A stretch of 63,679 bases of DNA, filler included, from Sphaeroforma arctica JP610 (taxonomy: Eukaryota), in assembly GCF_001186125.1 (NCBI RefSeq). It is 5 parts of 2 records of this genome, joined end to end, with 100 filler letters (N's around TTAATTAATTAA, not from the genome) between each part and the next. Parts side by side here need not be neighbours in the genome. Positions count along the whole stretch, not along the records: positions 32,391 to 45,177 come from NW_014040551.1; positions 45,278 to 56,138 come from NW_014040551.1; 3 more parts are not named here. The stretch is one strand, 5' to 3'. Shown one piece after another: positions 40,601 through 52,885 of the stretch. How positions within the stretch are numbered: position 1 is the stretch's first letter; every line of letters begins with the position of its first letter. The translations under genes were made by a program, and so were the position numbers. The notes beneath the pieces were generated by a model. The model searched no databases, was not told where the DNA came from, and saw nothing but the letters and a program-made list of their open reading frames with translations.

Positions 40601-42849
40601 CGACACATGGGGTAAAGATTCCGGCCTGGTATAAGGAACTGTCAAGCCTCGCAAGTCGTCTTCCAGTCTCACCCACACAGCACTGCCTATTCGTATCAAT
40701 TGCAAGCTGATCGGTCCCACCCTCCCCGGTTTCCCAAGGGCACAGTCTCTCGATAGGCGCTGACCGGTTCCCCCGATCTGCATGGCAGAGAATAGTACTA
40801 ATTTGGTGTCCAGAACCTCCAAATGTATCGGTTTCTATACGAGCACCATGGATTAACGGAAGTTTACTTCGCAAAGTATATGGATCATCTTGTTACCGCA
40901 CTGCTTCAAGCAGTTCATTTGTTTCGCGCCTATGAATTCTAGATTTCTAGCTGGCGTCGCCCCCGTAACCACCTGGCAATCTTTAAGTCGTATATTCTCT
41001 CAACGACCACATATGGCCTCAACATCATCTCGTGAACTATTCAATCTGGGGTTCGGCACTCAAACCACTATTTCTTTGTCCCTTTCCTTATTGAGTTTTT
41101 ACTATAAAAAATGCAGAAAATCAGGCCTGGCGAACACATTGCATTGACCTATTGAGACCTGTAAACTTGTCATAGGTGCGAGAGTGAGTCTATTATCGTA
41201 ATGTGCTATCACATGTATATAGAATATACTGGTTGAAACGGGTTCATCCCGTTCGATAGTGTGGGTAGATAGGTAACAAAGGAAGAAGAACCTTGTTTTG
41301 GTTTAACGCACAAGGAGACGGTTTACTTTCTCCTGAAACAAGGTTTATTTGTACTTGTTATTGTTTATCAGGCAGAAATCTAATTTGAAAATTGACAGTG
41401 ATTTGAAAATTGACAGTGCTATGACAACCACGTTTGCTCAAATACTACTGAACGCCAGTGATATCATAGTAGGCTTCGGAGTATGAGTTGTATACAATAT
41501 TTATTTATATAAATAAGGATATTAATATCCTAAATAGCATTATCTGGACGTGAAGATTTTTGCTTAAGTTTTAATAAAAAACACTACTCCCAATCATTAC
41601 AAAATAATTTATATATAGATCCTACCTTTAAAGCGATTGAAACAATTTCCTCTTTAAGATACTGTACGAGATGACTCACAGTATAAAGGTTTTGAGGTTT
41701 ATAAATGCTGCACTAATACAAGATGAACTCGATGGTTTTGATGAGCTGATTATTGAAACCTAAGACCTTAATAAAACCATCACAATTATCAATTATTCAC
41801 CAGCCTCGAAGTTCGGGCCGATCCTCTGTTCAAAGCTTAATGGTGCTCTTAGTCACTCTTCACACACATTAGTGTGCCAACAGAAGAGCGCATCATCACT
41901 ACTCATACCCATCGCAGCTCAACGAATACCCATATTGAAGGATCACCCTTATAATATCGCTGAACCAGATGGTATATGTTACGGGGAGGAAAAATTATCT
42001 ACATATCCTATATCGTTTCGCCAATCATTCGTATGCATATACGAGCCTTAACAGTCAAGCTTTTACGCATATGCGAGTCTTCAGTTAAGCTTCCGCGGTA
42101 GGGTCATGTACAAATATTGTATCTCTATGACTTAATAACTGCTGGCTGGCAAATATATTCTTAATTTTTATCCACGCTGGTTGGCAATATATTCTTAATT
42201 TTTATCCTCGCCACATTGATATACATACTCAAACCACAACAGGCATACACATATGACCCGTACCGACGATGAAGCACAAACACACATGAACTATACGTTA
42301 ATTACTACGGGCAGGTATATGCCACAAACATATAATTTGCGAGTACAGGTGTTAGAGAAGACTATCTTGTGTATTTTTACCATCCCGAAGACCACCACAT
42401 CAACCTAGACGAGCACGTGCCCATATTTTTCTTTAGTTCACATTTTTCTTAAGTGAAGGGCATGTGGCAGATATTTAAGAGATTTTTATATAATTACATC
42501 GTTTAAGCGCTGGACCAAAGTGTCGTGGGACAGGATTAGTTGGTTCTAGAGATTAAACCAGCACCTGCGGTCAAAGGAGGCACTACATAAAGGAATATGT
42601 TGACCGTCTTAAAAGGTCTCTATTTTTGTGCTTTTGTTGATTTTTAAGTCTTATTTCGTTGATTTGTATTTTTTCTTTCTTTCGTTTTGTTGATTGGTAA
42701 ATTTAGCCTTGCACAAGGAGTATGCAACATAAACTACGGTGGAAGACAAACAGCTAACTGCTTTTAGATACTTGACCTAACAAAATGCAGCAAACGTATT
42801 TGGCATGAATATTTCCATACTCAGGAAAAATCGTGCGTTTCCTGTTGCT

Positions 42850-44367
42850 TGCTGATCGCGCGTCAGTGACTTTGTCTGTCTGTGTTAGCGTCGGAAGTGT
42901 TGTCTGTAAAGCGTAAGAACATCGGCGTTCGCTATGTCCTTGTGCGTCTAAATTTTCTTCTCCATCTACCCACGGTAGTAGGTATTCTCGTAATGCGTCG
43001 CCTGTCGTCGCTGGGAGATGTCCAGAAGGAGGTAGAGTCTGTCTCTTCTGTGAATGGAACTTGGCCATTAAAAGTGTACTCCTCACCCTCATTTGCTGTT
43101 TTATGTAATTTCAGGTATTCTGGGGCTTTAGTGCCATCCAGGTTCTGACGAAGTATCCAGCACCTCTTTTTTTTCAAAGCTGTGTATGAGCCTCCGTAGG
43201 GAGCCGTCATTTTATTCATTTCACCTTGGATATCGGATTGCTTCCTTGAAATTTGGCGATTATATGCTTGTAGTCTTGCTGAGGTCTAATGACCTCTTAT
43301 AGCTTATAGGGTTATTGTCAAGCCACAACTGTGCTTGAAAAACTCTAAAAGCCGTCTGTGTTATGGTTCCGCTTCCGAATTATAGTCAGTGAGTTGATCT
43401 TCGATCAAAGTATGCAGTAAATCGGGGAGATTTGTGTTTGCGTCAAAATCGCAAGTTTTGCCCCATCTGTATACACGGTAGTCGTGAACGCTGGTTGCCT
43501 GGGTTTTGTTTTACAATTTTGTAGCAGGGGTATCAAGTCTCTGTGTGAACATTAATTCGCACCTCATACTCTGGGTTGGTGTGATCGAGATATAAAGCGT
43601 TGTGTTATAACCTGTGGAAATACGCGTTTACATATGACTGTTACCGACGTTTTAGTCACTATAGCTGCTGATTTGTCCATCGTTGGTCTGAACCTGATAT
43701 ATGATGAGTGTACGTCAAGTCATACTAAGACGTATGTGCTTCCCCTGTTGGAGTCAAAATAGTGAACCAATGGTGTCTACTTGTATCTTGTTTCTTGGAA
43801 AGTCTATTGATATTGATTGCAATGTGTGGAAACCTTTTTCATGTGTCTTCTTTTCCAACCATGGTACCACCCCATCTGAGTAACTTCGTATATGTGCCTG
43901 TATCTGGATACATTCGTGGCCGTTAGCCTCTATTGTTTCTTCTCTGGTGTAGTGGCCATTGTTTCTTCTCTGGTGTAGTGGCCCACTGTGTGGCGGAGTT
44001 CGATGAGAATAGCTCGTTGCTCATATATGATGCCATCTGCGACGTTGTTATTCTCGTTCTGTGTCTAATGTCATCACTTTGATAGCAGGTTGTGTACATG
44101 ACTGGGACCAACGTTTTAGTCACTATAGCTGCTGATTTGTCCATCGTTGGTCTGAACCTGATGTATGATGAGTGTACGTCAAGTCATACTAAGACGTATG
44201 TGTTCTCTCTGTTGGAGTCAAAATAGTGAACCAATGGTGTCTACTTGTATCTTGTTTCTTGGAAAGTCTATTGATATTGATTGCAATGTGTGAAAACCTT
44301 TTTCATGTGTCTTCTTTTCCAACCATGGTACGTCCCCATCTGAGTAACTTCGTATATGTGCCTGTAT
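42850..44367 (-). mobile_element. Degenerate Ty3/Gypsy integrase region with internal 257-bp duplication
   Basis: Frameshifted minus-strand remnants GFHTLQSISIDFPRNKIQVDTIGSL (integrase core start), RPTMDKSAAIVTKT...FPQVI and KMTAPYGGSYTA (GPY/F-like). 43647-43903 is repeated at 44111-44367. Confidence 0.7.
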
Positions 44368-44368
44368 A

Positions 44369-45174
44369 TGTAAGATTCGGTCTCTCAAGGCGATATTAAA
44401 GCCTTAGAATATATAAACGCGTAGGTAAATTCTAAGTATCGTGAAAATATCAAAGTAAATAAACGAAATATGACATTTAGTAAGGTTAGGTATGCCTCGT
44501 GAAAACAGCAATACTCTGAGGGATTGTGAGGCTGAGACATTGCCTATATATAATCCTCTCAGTACTGTTTCCGCCGAAGGGATTTTATTTGGTGTTTCGT
44601 TGTCGCTCTATTAGAAACTATGGTATGTTTCATTGGGGCGAATCCGAGAGACTCCTAAATTCCTATCTTTAGGAAAATAAATATAAAAATAAAAATACTC
44701 TTGATGTCCTTAGTTATTGTCTTAACCAATAACTTGCCACTATCAAGAATTACTGACTTAGCCTTCATCAGACTGGCACATCTGGTTGGCTGATCGGAGG
44801 ATCAACTAGGTAACGTTAATAGTCCCTAGAAACCTATATTCGGTTGAGCCATCTCGCTACCGAAGTATTCAGATAGAAATAAAGTTGGAAAGTAAATATG
44901 GTTCTATTAGTAGAACTAGACCAACTCTTTATGTTTGGTATTTTACTGAGGCCATTTAATGGTCTCGTCCAAATATCTGATATGTAAAATGGAAAAGGTA
45001 TTAGTCAATAAAACAATTAAAAACCATTTTAGGAAACTTAAGTTCCTCGTGCTATTAAGAGTACATTTAGGAAACTTAAGTTCCTCGTACTATTAAGAGT
45101 ACGTTTATAATATACGTACTGCTTAAGAGTAAGTTTATAACATCGAGTCTAATGTGGAGGCCCGGCTTATTACA
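44369..45174. mobile_element. Candidate LTR (TGTAA...TTACA, ~806 bp)
   Basis: 5-bp terminal inverted ends, internal TATATATAA within a hairpin, 39-bp tandem duplication at ~45027-45102. No target-site duplication visible; only 3 bases lie between its end and the scaffold end. Confidence 0.45.
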
Positions 45175-45177
45175 CAG

Positions 45178-45277
45178 NNNNNNNNNNNNNNNNNNNNNNN
45201 NNNNNNNNNNNNNNNNNNNNNTTAATTAATTAANNNNNNNNNNNNNNNNNNNNNNNNNNNNNNNNNNNNNNNNNNNN
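45178..45277. other. Artificial scaffold-join spacer
   Basis: N44-TTAATTAATTAA-N44. Confidence 0.97.
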
Positions 45278-45545
45278 TCATTTCATACTCAGCGACAGAA
45301 TACACATTTTGTACATGAGGCTCTACACGACTCACTGAGCACACAGACCTTACCGCCGACAACAAACAGTACTGCGGCAACACCACAAACGAAGTCGAGA
45401 GTGTCGTTGTCACTGGCGACACTAGAAAAAAATTCAACAGATCGTCTGGGCACTGCACGCTCGTATGTTACGGTTATATGAGGAGCTGTACAACGCATGA
45501 GAGGATAATGACATACCGAGAACAAAGGCGCTGTAGTATATTGTG

Positions 45546-46169
45546 AATAGACTTTATACAATCTAGTGTTGACTGCTTTGCCTTGATATGGTTCAGACCC
45601 TTATAGAACCATCGTAGACTCCATCATTCGCCCAAATCTGGTATCTGTGCGTTCTTCCAAGCCTTTAAAAGCGCCCCTTTGTATCACGTTACAATTTATT
45701 GTTAAGATTATATCTATGAGATGGCTACTCCGACCAACTTCGAGGTTCCCGGGGGTTCCAGAGTATAATGACATACCGAGAGCAAAGGCACTGCACGGGG
45801 AGTATTATAAACCTTGCGCGCCACACATGAGTCGCGACCAGTTGGTAAGAAGAACAACGCATCAGATGATAATGACATACCGAGAGCAAAGGCGCTGCAC
45901 GGGGAGTATTATAAACCTTGCGCGCCACACATGAGTCGCGACCAGTTGGTAAGAATAACCCCCAGGAACCTCGAAGTTGGTCGGAGTAGCCATCTCATAG
46001 ATATAATATTAACAATATATTGGAACGTGATGCAAAGGGGACGCTTTTAGAGGCTTGGAAGAACGCACATATACCAGGATTGGGCGAAGGATGGAGTCTA
46101 CGATGGTTCTATAAGGGTTTGAACCATTTCAAGACAGAGCAGTCGACACTAGATTATATAAAATCTATT
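45546..46169. repeat. Foldback: ~212-bp inverted arms around a spacer holding a 104-bp-period direct repeat
   Basis: 45546-45757 is the reverse complement, with scattered mismatches, of 45957-46169. Spacer unit ataatgacataccgagagcaaaggc... occurs at 45765 and 45869. Confidence 0.9.
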
Positions 46170-46386
46170 AAGGAGGCCCACATATTAGTATGGTGTCAGA
46201 AGAGGAAAGTGTGGCAGCGATACCGAATACTACGGAGGTACACATTAGTTCAATTCTCACTAGTGAGTATGGGACGCAGGAGTCGGTAAATTCACAGCCG
46301 AACCAAGACTATTGGACGACAAGCAGGTTATTAGTATAGGGTTGTGTTATATTTGTTCAGAATAGACGCTTCACCCAACTTGTATT

Positions 46387-47224
46387 TGAGAGACTACAGG
46401 TCTCACGCCAGACTTTACAGCAAGAAACCCTGTTTGATCTATGGAAATCGCCGGAGTTAGCTCACTCCCGAGAGCTATTCAAGCTGCTTACATTACTTCC
46501 GAGAGTTGAGTTAATACTTAATCAACTCCCGAGAGCAGAATAAATTTCTCAGTGAACTCTCGAAAGTGGATCAAGTCTGCCAACCGCAACATTTAAAAAT
46601 ATATGCTGTTCTATGCGAGTCACAACCAATGCGGAAAGGCGTCATATGATCAGCGTGAGATTTTATTGCAGAGAAGTCGAAATAGAAGAGTATCGAAGTG
46701 TTAAAGTGTTCTGCATAAGGATTCTCATACTGACCATATGAGTTTTTACCGTGGTCACTCCAGACTTTACAGCAAGAAACCCTGTTTGATCTATAGAAAT
46801 CGCCGGAGTTAGCTCACTCCCGAGACCTATTCAAGCTGCTTAAATTACTTTCGAGAGTTGAATTAATACTTAATCAACTCCCGAGAGCAGAATAGGTTTA
46901 TCAGTGAACTCTCGAAAGTGGATTAAGTCTGCCAACCGCAACATTTAAAAATATATGCTGTTCTATGCGAGTCACAACCAATGCGGAAAGGCGTCATATG
47001 ATCAGCGTGAGATTTTATTGCAGAGAAGTCGAAATAGAATAGTATCGAAGTGTTAAAGTGTTCTGCAAAAGGATTCTCATACTGACCATATGAGTTTTTA
47101 CCGTGGCCAGCCCAAGCGGTGGAACACTAGCACAAGCACCGTGAGTATAAAACCAAAGGTGAGGTCAGAAGAAAGAAAAAAACGTTTGCACTATATTTAA
47201 AGTCTACTACATTGCACTCCAACA
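46387..47224 (+). mobile_element. LTR family A copy (TGAGAG...CAACA) with ~350-bp internal tandem duplication
   Basis: Homologous to the TSD-flanked solo LTR at 53734-54251; ~46407-46755 is repeated at ~46760-47106. Confidence 0.8.
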
Positions 47225-47865
47225 CCATATCAGGTCACCCTGATTTCGCACTCTCAATAAGCCTTCTGTGAAGGATATCAAGACAACCACTGTTCTCGAA
47301 TCGAAGGTCGACTGGCTTCCTTGGATAACTCATAGCATTCTATCCGTGAATTGTGAAGGAATCCCAACAATATTGACCGATCCGACCCCGTCTAGAGGCA
47401 ACCGACGGACACCCTAGAAAATCGCTGAGGCTTATCGGATTATCAACCGCGCCTTTTCTCCATTTTTAGTTGCATCTGTGAAGTCTAATAAATATCTCGA
47501 GTGCTGGATACTGACATAGAGGCATGTACTTAGCTAATAACAGATAGATGCATTGCGTAGTAAACTCTATAATGTCTTCGCAACTTTTTATCTTGAAGGA
47601 AATATATTGTGGTCCTTAACAGTTAAATTAACGCTGGCTGATACACCCTATNNNNNNNNNNNNNNNNNNNNATCTAGGGACCAGATTATCAAAAAGCCGA
47701 TTCAAATCCCAAAAACCAGAATAGTCGAATATTGAGTTTTGGAATTAGGATTGGAATATTTCTGATAAATAAGCCTTCTGTGAAGGATATCAAGACAACC
47801 ACTGTTCTCGAATCGAAGGTCGACTGGCTTCCTTGGATAACTCATAGCATTCTATCCGTGAATTG

Positions 47866-48060
47866 TCAGCATTAGTGAGAAATCTATTAGATTCCACTGA
47901 TGCAACGGAGAAGACCAAGGCAGTGCTCAATAACTTAAGAGACTGAGACATAGGCAACCAATCATTTCAAGGACCCTGAACAATTCAAAAGAACCATCAT
48001 TGACGGACTCAGGCCTCATGCTGTTATAGAAGTTTCTCAATGACACGCACAACAAACCAC
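47866..48060 (+). pseudogene. gag fragment homologous to 54361-54570
   Basis: ALVRNLLDSTDATEKTKAVLNNLRD* versus ALVRRLLDSTNATEKTKAVLNNIRD in the downstream element. Confidence 0.8.
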
Positions 48061-48120
48061 TGAACAGTAAGATGTCACCTTCTACTCATACGCAGACTAA
48101 GAAGCATACAGTTAGGGGGC

Positions 48121-48444
48121 TGTAACATCTAGGGACCAGACTATCAAAAAGCCGATTCGAATATCAACACCAGGAATAATCAAATATTCAGTTTTGGAAT
48201 TAGGATTGTAATATTTCTGATATTATAGTCATCAGATATATTAGCGGTAGAACCGGTAAGTTAAATCGGCACTCCGCGTGTGAGAGAAACATTCAAGTAA
48301 AATACTGAGTCTAGTGAAAACACAAATAAAGACTCAGTTCGGTTCTCTCAGACTAAGGACTTTTCCTAGCTGAAACAACTGTATCTGAGAAGAGGTCTAT
48401 TGTATTCCCTGGCTCGTACCTTCAGCTACTCTCCATATTCTACA
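48121..48444 (+). mobile_element. LTR family B copy (TGTAA...CTACA), 3'-LTR-like, preceded by purine-rich AGTTAGGGGGC
   Basis: Homologous to 50225-50549, with a PPT-like tract immediately upstream. A partial third copy lies at 47672-47766. Confidence 0.8.
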
Positions 48445-48582
48445 TATGTGTAACCTTTTTGCTGATGCATGAATCTGTACTCGTTAGGTGTCTGTAGACT
48501 CTAGCTACTATCCAATATCGGGTGCCCCGCCAGGCTGTTATCTATACCCTGCATGCTGGTGTCCTACCTGTCTCTACCATAC

Positions 48583-48985
48583 TGAGAGACTACAGGTCTC
48601 AGGCCAGATTTTACAGCAAGAAACCCTCGTTGATTTATGGAAGTCACCAGAGTTAGTTCACTCCCGAGAGCTAATCAAGTTGCTCAAATTACTCCCAAGA
48701 GGTGAGTTAATACTTAACCGGCTTCTAAGAGCAGGTTAATTTTCTCAACCGATTCTCGAGAGTGGATTAGGTCTGTCAACCGCAACATTCTAAAAATAGT
48801 TGCGGTTTTATGTGAGTCACAACCTATGCCTAAAGGCATCATGTGATCAGTGTGAGATTTAGTTGCAGATAAGCTGAAATAGAATAGCATCATAGTGTCA
48901 AAGTGTTCTGCATAAGGTTCTCATACTGACCATATGAGGTTTTAGTCTGGCCAGCCCAAGCGGCTAAACAATAAGCACAAACACC
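48583..48985 (+). mobile_element. LTR family A copy, 3'-truncated
   Basis: Starts TGAGAGACTACAGG and aligns to 53734-54168, then diverges. Confidence 0.8.
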
Positions 48986-49239
48986 CTCTGGCACTAGCGT
49001 AAGGCGCCTACGTCGGAAATGGTTACTGAACTAACACTAGACGACATATAGTACAACACAATATACATGCATATACTAACAAATGCATGACATGACCGAA
49101 ACAGGTTCTTTTTGGTTTTCGCTTCACAAACTATATAATTCTTACACGAATGGTTGTAGCTATAAAAGCTACTCGGAGCTATGTATAAATATGGTTTCTG
49201 GTGTTTGAAAAACCAAGATCAAATGAGATAAGACATTGG

Positions 49240-50224
49240 TTTTTATCTTTATTTACATAAATGCAAGTTTTCTAATAATATTCACTTTGATATGATAGCT
49301 ATTCATTTTTCATAGCTCACATAGCCTAAGTATTGTTTGACTCATATACTTGCAGGGTTTCAGGGTTAGACAATACCACGTACCTTGTGAATACAAATGC
49401 TTCCAATATAATTACTCTATTACAATACACGAGTAGGCTTGTAGGTCATTAGTATAAAAATAGTACAACAAAGTAAAATAAGCCAAAGTTGTAAAAAGAA
49501 GTTGTTACACACACTTTCGGCCATAGCTTTAAAGTATAAAAAAAATGTGGCATCAGCTGAGAGGGTGATACCGTCATCGGGCTTGTTTGTTCGCAAGGTA
49601 TACAAAGCTAGATAAACAAACAAAACGGTCAGTCAATATGGAAGGTAGGTACACATGCACCAACCGAGTCCCTCCCAATGAATATACACTAACACATTTA
49701 AAAAGTCCACATTGAACTAGAAGTTGAGAATATATTGCTGAGTTTTTATCTTATTTACACAAATGCAAGTTTCTCAATAATATTCACTTTGTTATGATAG
49801 CTATTCTTTTTTCATAGCTCACATAGCCTGAGTACTGTTTGACTCGTATACTTGCAGGGTTTCAGGGTTAGACAATACCACATACCTTGTGAATACAAAT
49901 GCTTCCAATATACTTACTGTATTCCGACACATGCGTAGGCTTGTAGGTCATTAGTATAAACATAGTACAACAAAGTAAATTAAAGCCAAAGTTGTAAGAA
50001 GAAGTTGTTACACACACTTTCGGCCATAGCTTTAAAGTATATAAAAAAGTGGCATCAGCTGAGGGGGTGCCAAGCTTTAATAGGCTTATACTTTATATCG
50101 TCATCGGGGTTGTTTGTTCGCGAGGTATATAAAGTTAGATAAACAAACAAACGTTTAGTCAAAATGGAAGGTAGGTACACATGCACCAACCGAGTCCCTC
50201 CCAATGAATATACACGTACACATT
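49240..50224. repeat. ~500-bp-period direct duplication of unclassified AT-rich sequence
   Basis: 49240-49699 closely matches 49744-50224. Confidence 0.85.
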
Positions 50225-52659
50225 TGTAGCATCTGTGGACCAGACTATCAAAAAGCCAATCCAAATCCCAAACCGCAGAATCATCAAATACTGAGTTTTG
50301 GAATTAGGATTGGAATATTTCTGATATTAGAGTCGTCAGAGATATTAGCGGTAGAACCGGTAAGCTAAACCGGGACTCCCGCGTGTGAGAGAAACACTCA
50401 AGTAAATCTGAATCTAGTGAAAACACAAATAAAGACTCAGTTCCGTTCTCTCAGACTTGGGACTTTTCCTAGCTGAGATAACCGTACCTGAGAAGAGGTC
50501 TATTGTATCCTATGGTCTCGTACCTTTCAGCTACTCTCCATACTCTACATTTTTTACAATATACTTACGTAGAATAAGTCAACACGAATCCTCATATATT
50601 GAACGACGTGTAGTAGGACAGATAGAATAATTTTCTGTCACGAATAACAACCTAGCACCAAACACAAGCTTTGTTGAGAAGAAACCGGGGAAGGAAGGAC
50701 CTAAGAAGAAAGAAGGGTATCCTATGGTCTCGTACCTTTCAGCTACTCTCCATACTCTACATTTTTTACAATATACTTACGTAGAATAAGTCCACACGAA
50801 TCCTCATATATTGAACGACGTGTAGTAGGACAGATAGAATAATTTTCTGTCACGAATAACAACCTAGCACCAAACACAAGCTTTGTTGAGAAGAAACCGG
50901 GGAAGGAAGGACCTAAGAAGAAAGAAGGGTCACAGCCGGAGAGAAAGAACAGCTTGGTAGACTAGGGAAGACTTAAGAAGAAGGAGATACTTGGGACAAC
51001 AACCCAGGTAAAGAAAACGTGTTCAGAAATAAGCTGAACACGTTGCAGGGTGTGACAGGCTGTTTAGTGACGTAAGGTGCGTGAAAAAACAAAAGAAGTG
51101 TCACATTGATTAATTCTTCAATGTTGGGGGTTTCTAAGTTTTCGAACAAGAAATTACTTTGAGATCAAGGACCCCTGCACAACATGCACATGTTACACAC
51201 ACCATAACATACACATTAGGCAATACTAAATAGTAACCAGAACAAGCAATGAATTAATGTTAGAAGAATGCACACCCATGCATAAGAAACAATAACTAGT
51301 ACAGGTCATAAGCCCAAAAAAAAATTCTCAATTAGAGGTTTAGACTGTTCAGTACAATAAGCAATAGTACACAGAAGATCAATCAAGGGGATGTAAATTC
51401 AATTTACTTAGGCCAATTCGCTTAAGAAGGATACGTCCATCTAAATAAAAAAGTATTAAGGTTCAACACGCTTGCTAACAACCAAGGACGGTGCAAAACT
51501 TAATAGGAACATGCTTAAACATTTCTGCAATTAGGCATTACAAATCACTTAAAGACAAGTTAAGCATCACGAGTGACAGACAAATCAGATCTAACAAAGG
51601 TGATAACAGACAAGTCACGAGAGTCTTAAAGGTGCTGGGCAATTCACCCACAAGAAGCACAAGACAGTGGCTGTATAATTAACTTCACAAATATTACCCG
51701 AGAAAAGGCAATCACAAAATAACAACAGCGTCAATTCATAGATCGTAAGGCACGCAGGTTAGTTAAATCTTCAGAAGTGAACACACACATAGTGTTAAGA
51801 ATGCAAAAACACATGAGCTTCTCCACACCAGACAAGGCATACACAAAGCAACCAAGACTTGATTGGGTACAAACAGCTACCAATATCAATCGAAATAGGC
51901 AGGGAGAAGTCAAATCGAGACAAATCACTAGTGACATTGACATCACACCAATAAACACGTGCACATCAGCATAGGATTCACACTCAAGAAACACTTGCAT
52001 TAAGAAAGGGTAGTAACACTACACACACAGACCACACACAATAAACAAAGGCTCCGGGAATCAGTTTCCCATGGTCACTTCGGACTAATCACCCGAAGAA
52101 ATTACTCAGATAAATCACATCTCTATAGCCATCTCCACCAGTCAATTACCAAACAATAGGTATAAGACACAAATCACTCAGATAAATCACATCTCTATAG
52201 CCATATCCACCAGTCAATTACCAAACAATAGGTATAAGACACACAGAGCAATACTCACGCACAGATAGGCTAGCGGTAATATAACCTACAAAACGACAAC
52301 ATTCTGGTGTATAGGTGATAAATCAGATTCAAGAAATCACCTAACAAATTGGGAATAACACATAGTCATCAACCAACACACACAAAGTAATAAGGGACAA
52401 TCCAAACCACAACAAAAGAGTTATAAGGGACAATCCAACCCACAATAACAATTACAAGAACGAGCATTATTCTGACTGAGTATACAACATACAAAGAACA
52501 GCAGAAAGGCATTGACAAGTTCAGAACATTTCATCAAATTGCAATAAGCAGATCACAAACCAAATCGATCAACACGAGCAGTCTCAAACGATTCAGTTAA
52601 CACAGACAAATACATCGTGTACGACATTGCTTCACTGTAGGAAGATTAACCAAGCATAC

Positions 52660-52885
52660 AAATAAGGTTGGCACAGGACACAGTCCAGTACAAGACACAG
52701 TTCGGTACAGGACACAGTTAGGTACAAGATATAGCGCGGTACACACACAATTTGGTACACACACAGTTCGGTACAGAGCACAGTTCTGTACAGGACACGG
52801 TTTGGTACAGAATATAGTTTGGTACAGAACATGGTTCGGTACAGGACACAGTTCGGTACACACACAGTTCGGTACAGGACCGAAC
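52660..52885. repeat. ~15-17-bp tandem repeat (cggtacaggacacagtt) in retrotransposon leader
   Basis: About 13 imperfect copies; a ~59-bp tandem duplication also lies at ~52101-52242. Confidence 0.85.

Noticed and set aside
40580..41147. Possible DIRS-type RT remnant (TPARNLEFIG) on the - strand
   Set aside because: One short motif among many stops; no YxDD or other RT motif recognisable.
41731..41781. Type I hammerhead ribozyme (ttgatgag...gaaac)
   Set aside because: Stem I pairs, but C3 is substituted and stems II and III do not pair; kept only as a hairpin.
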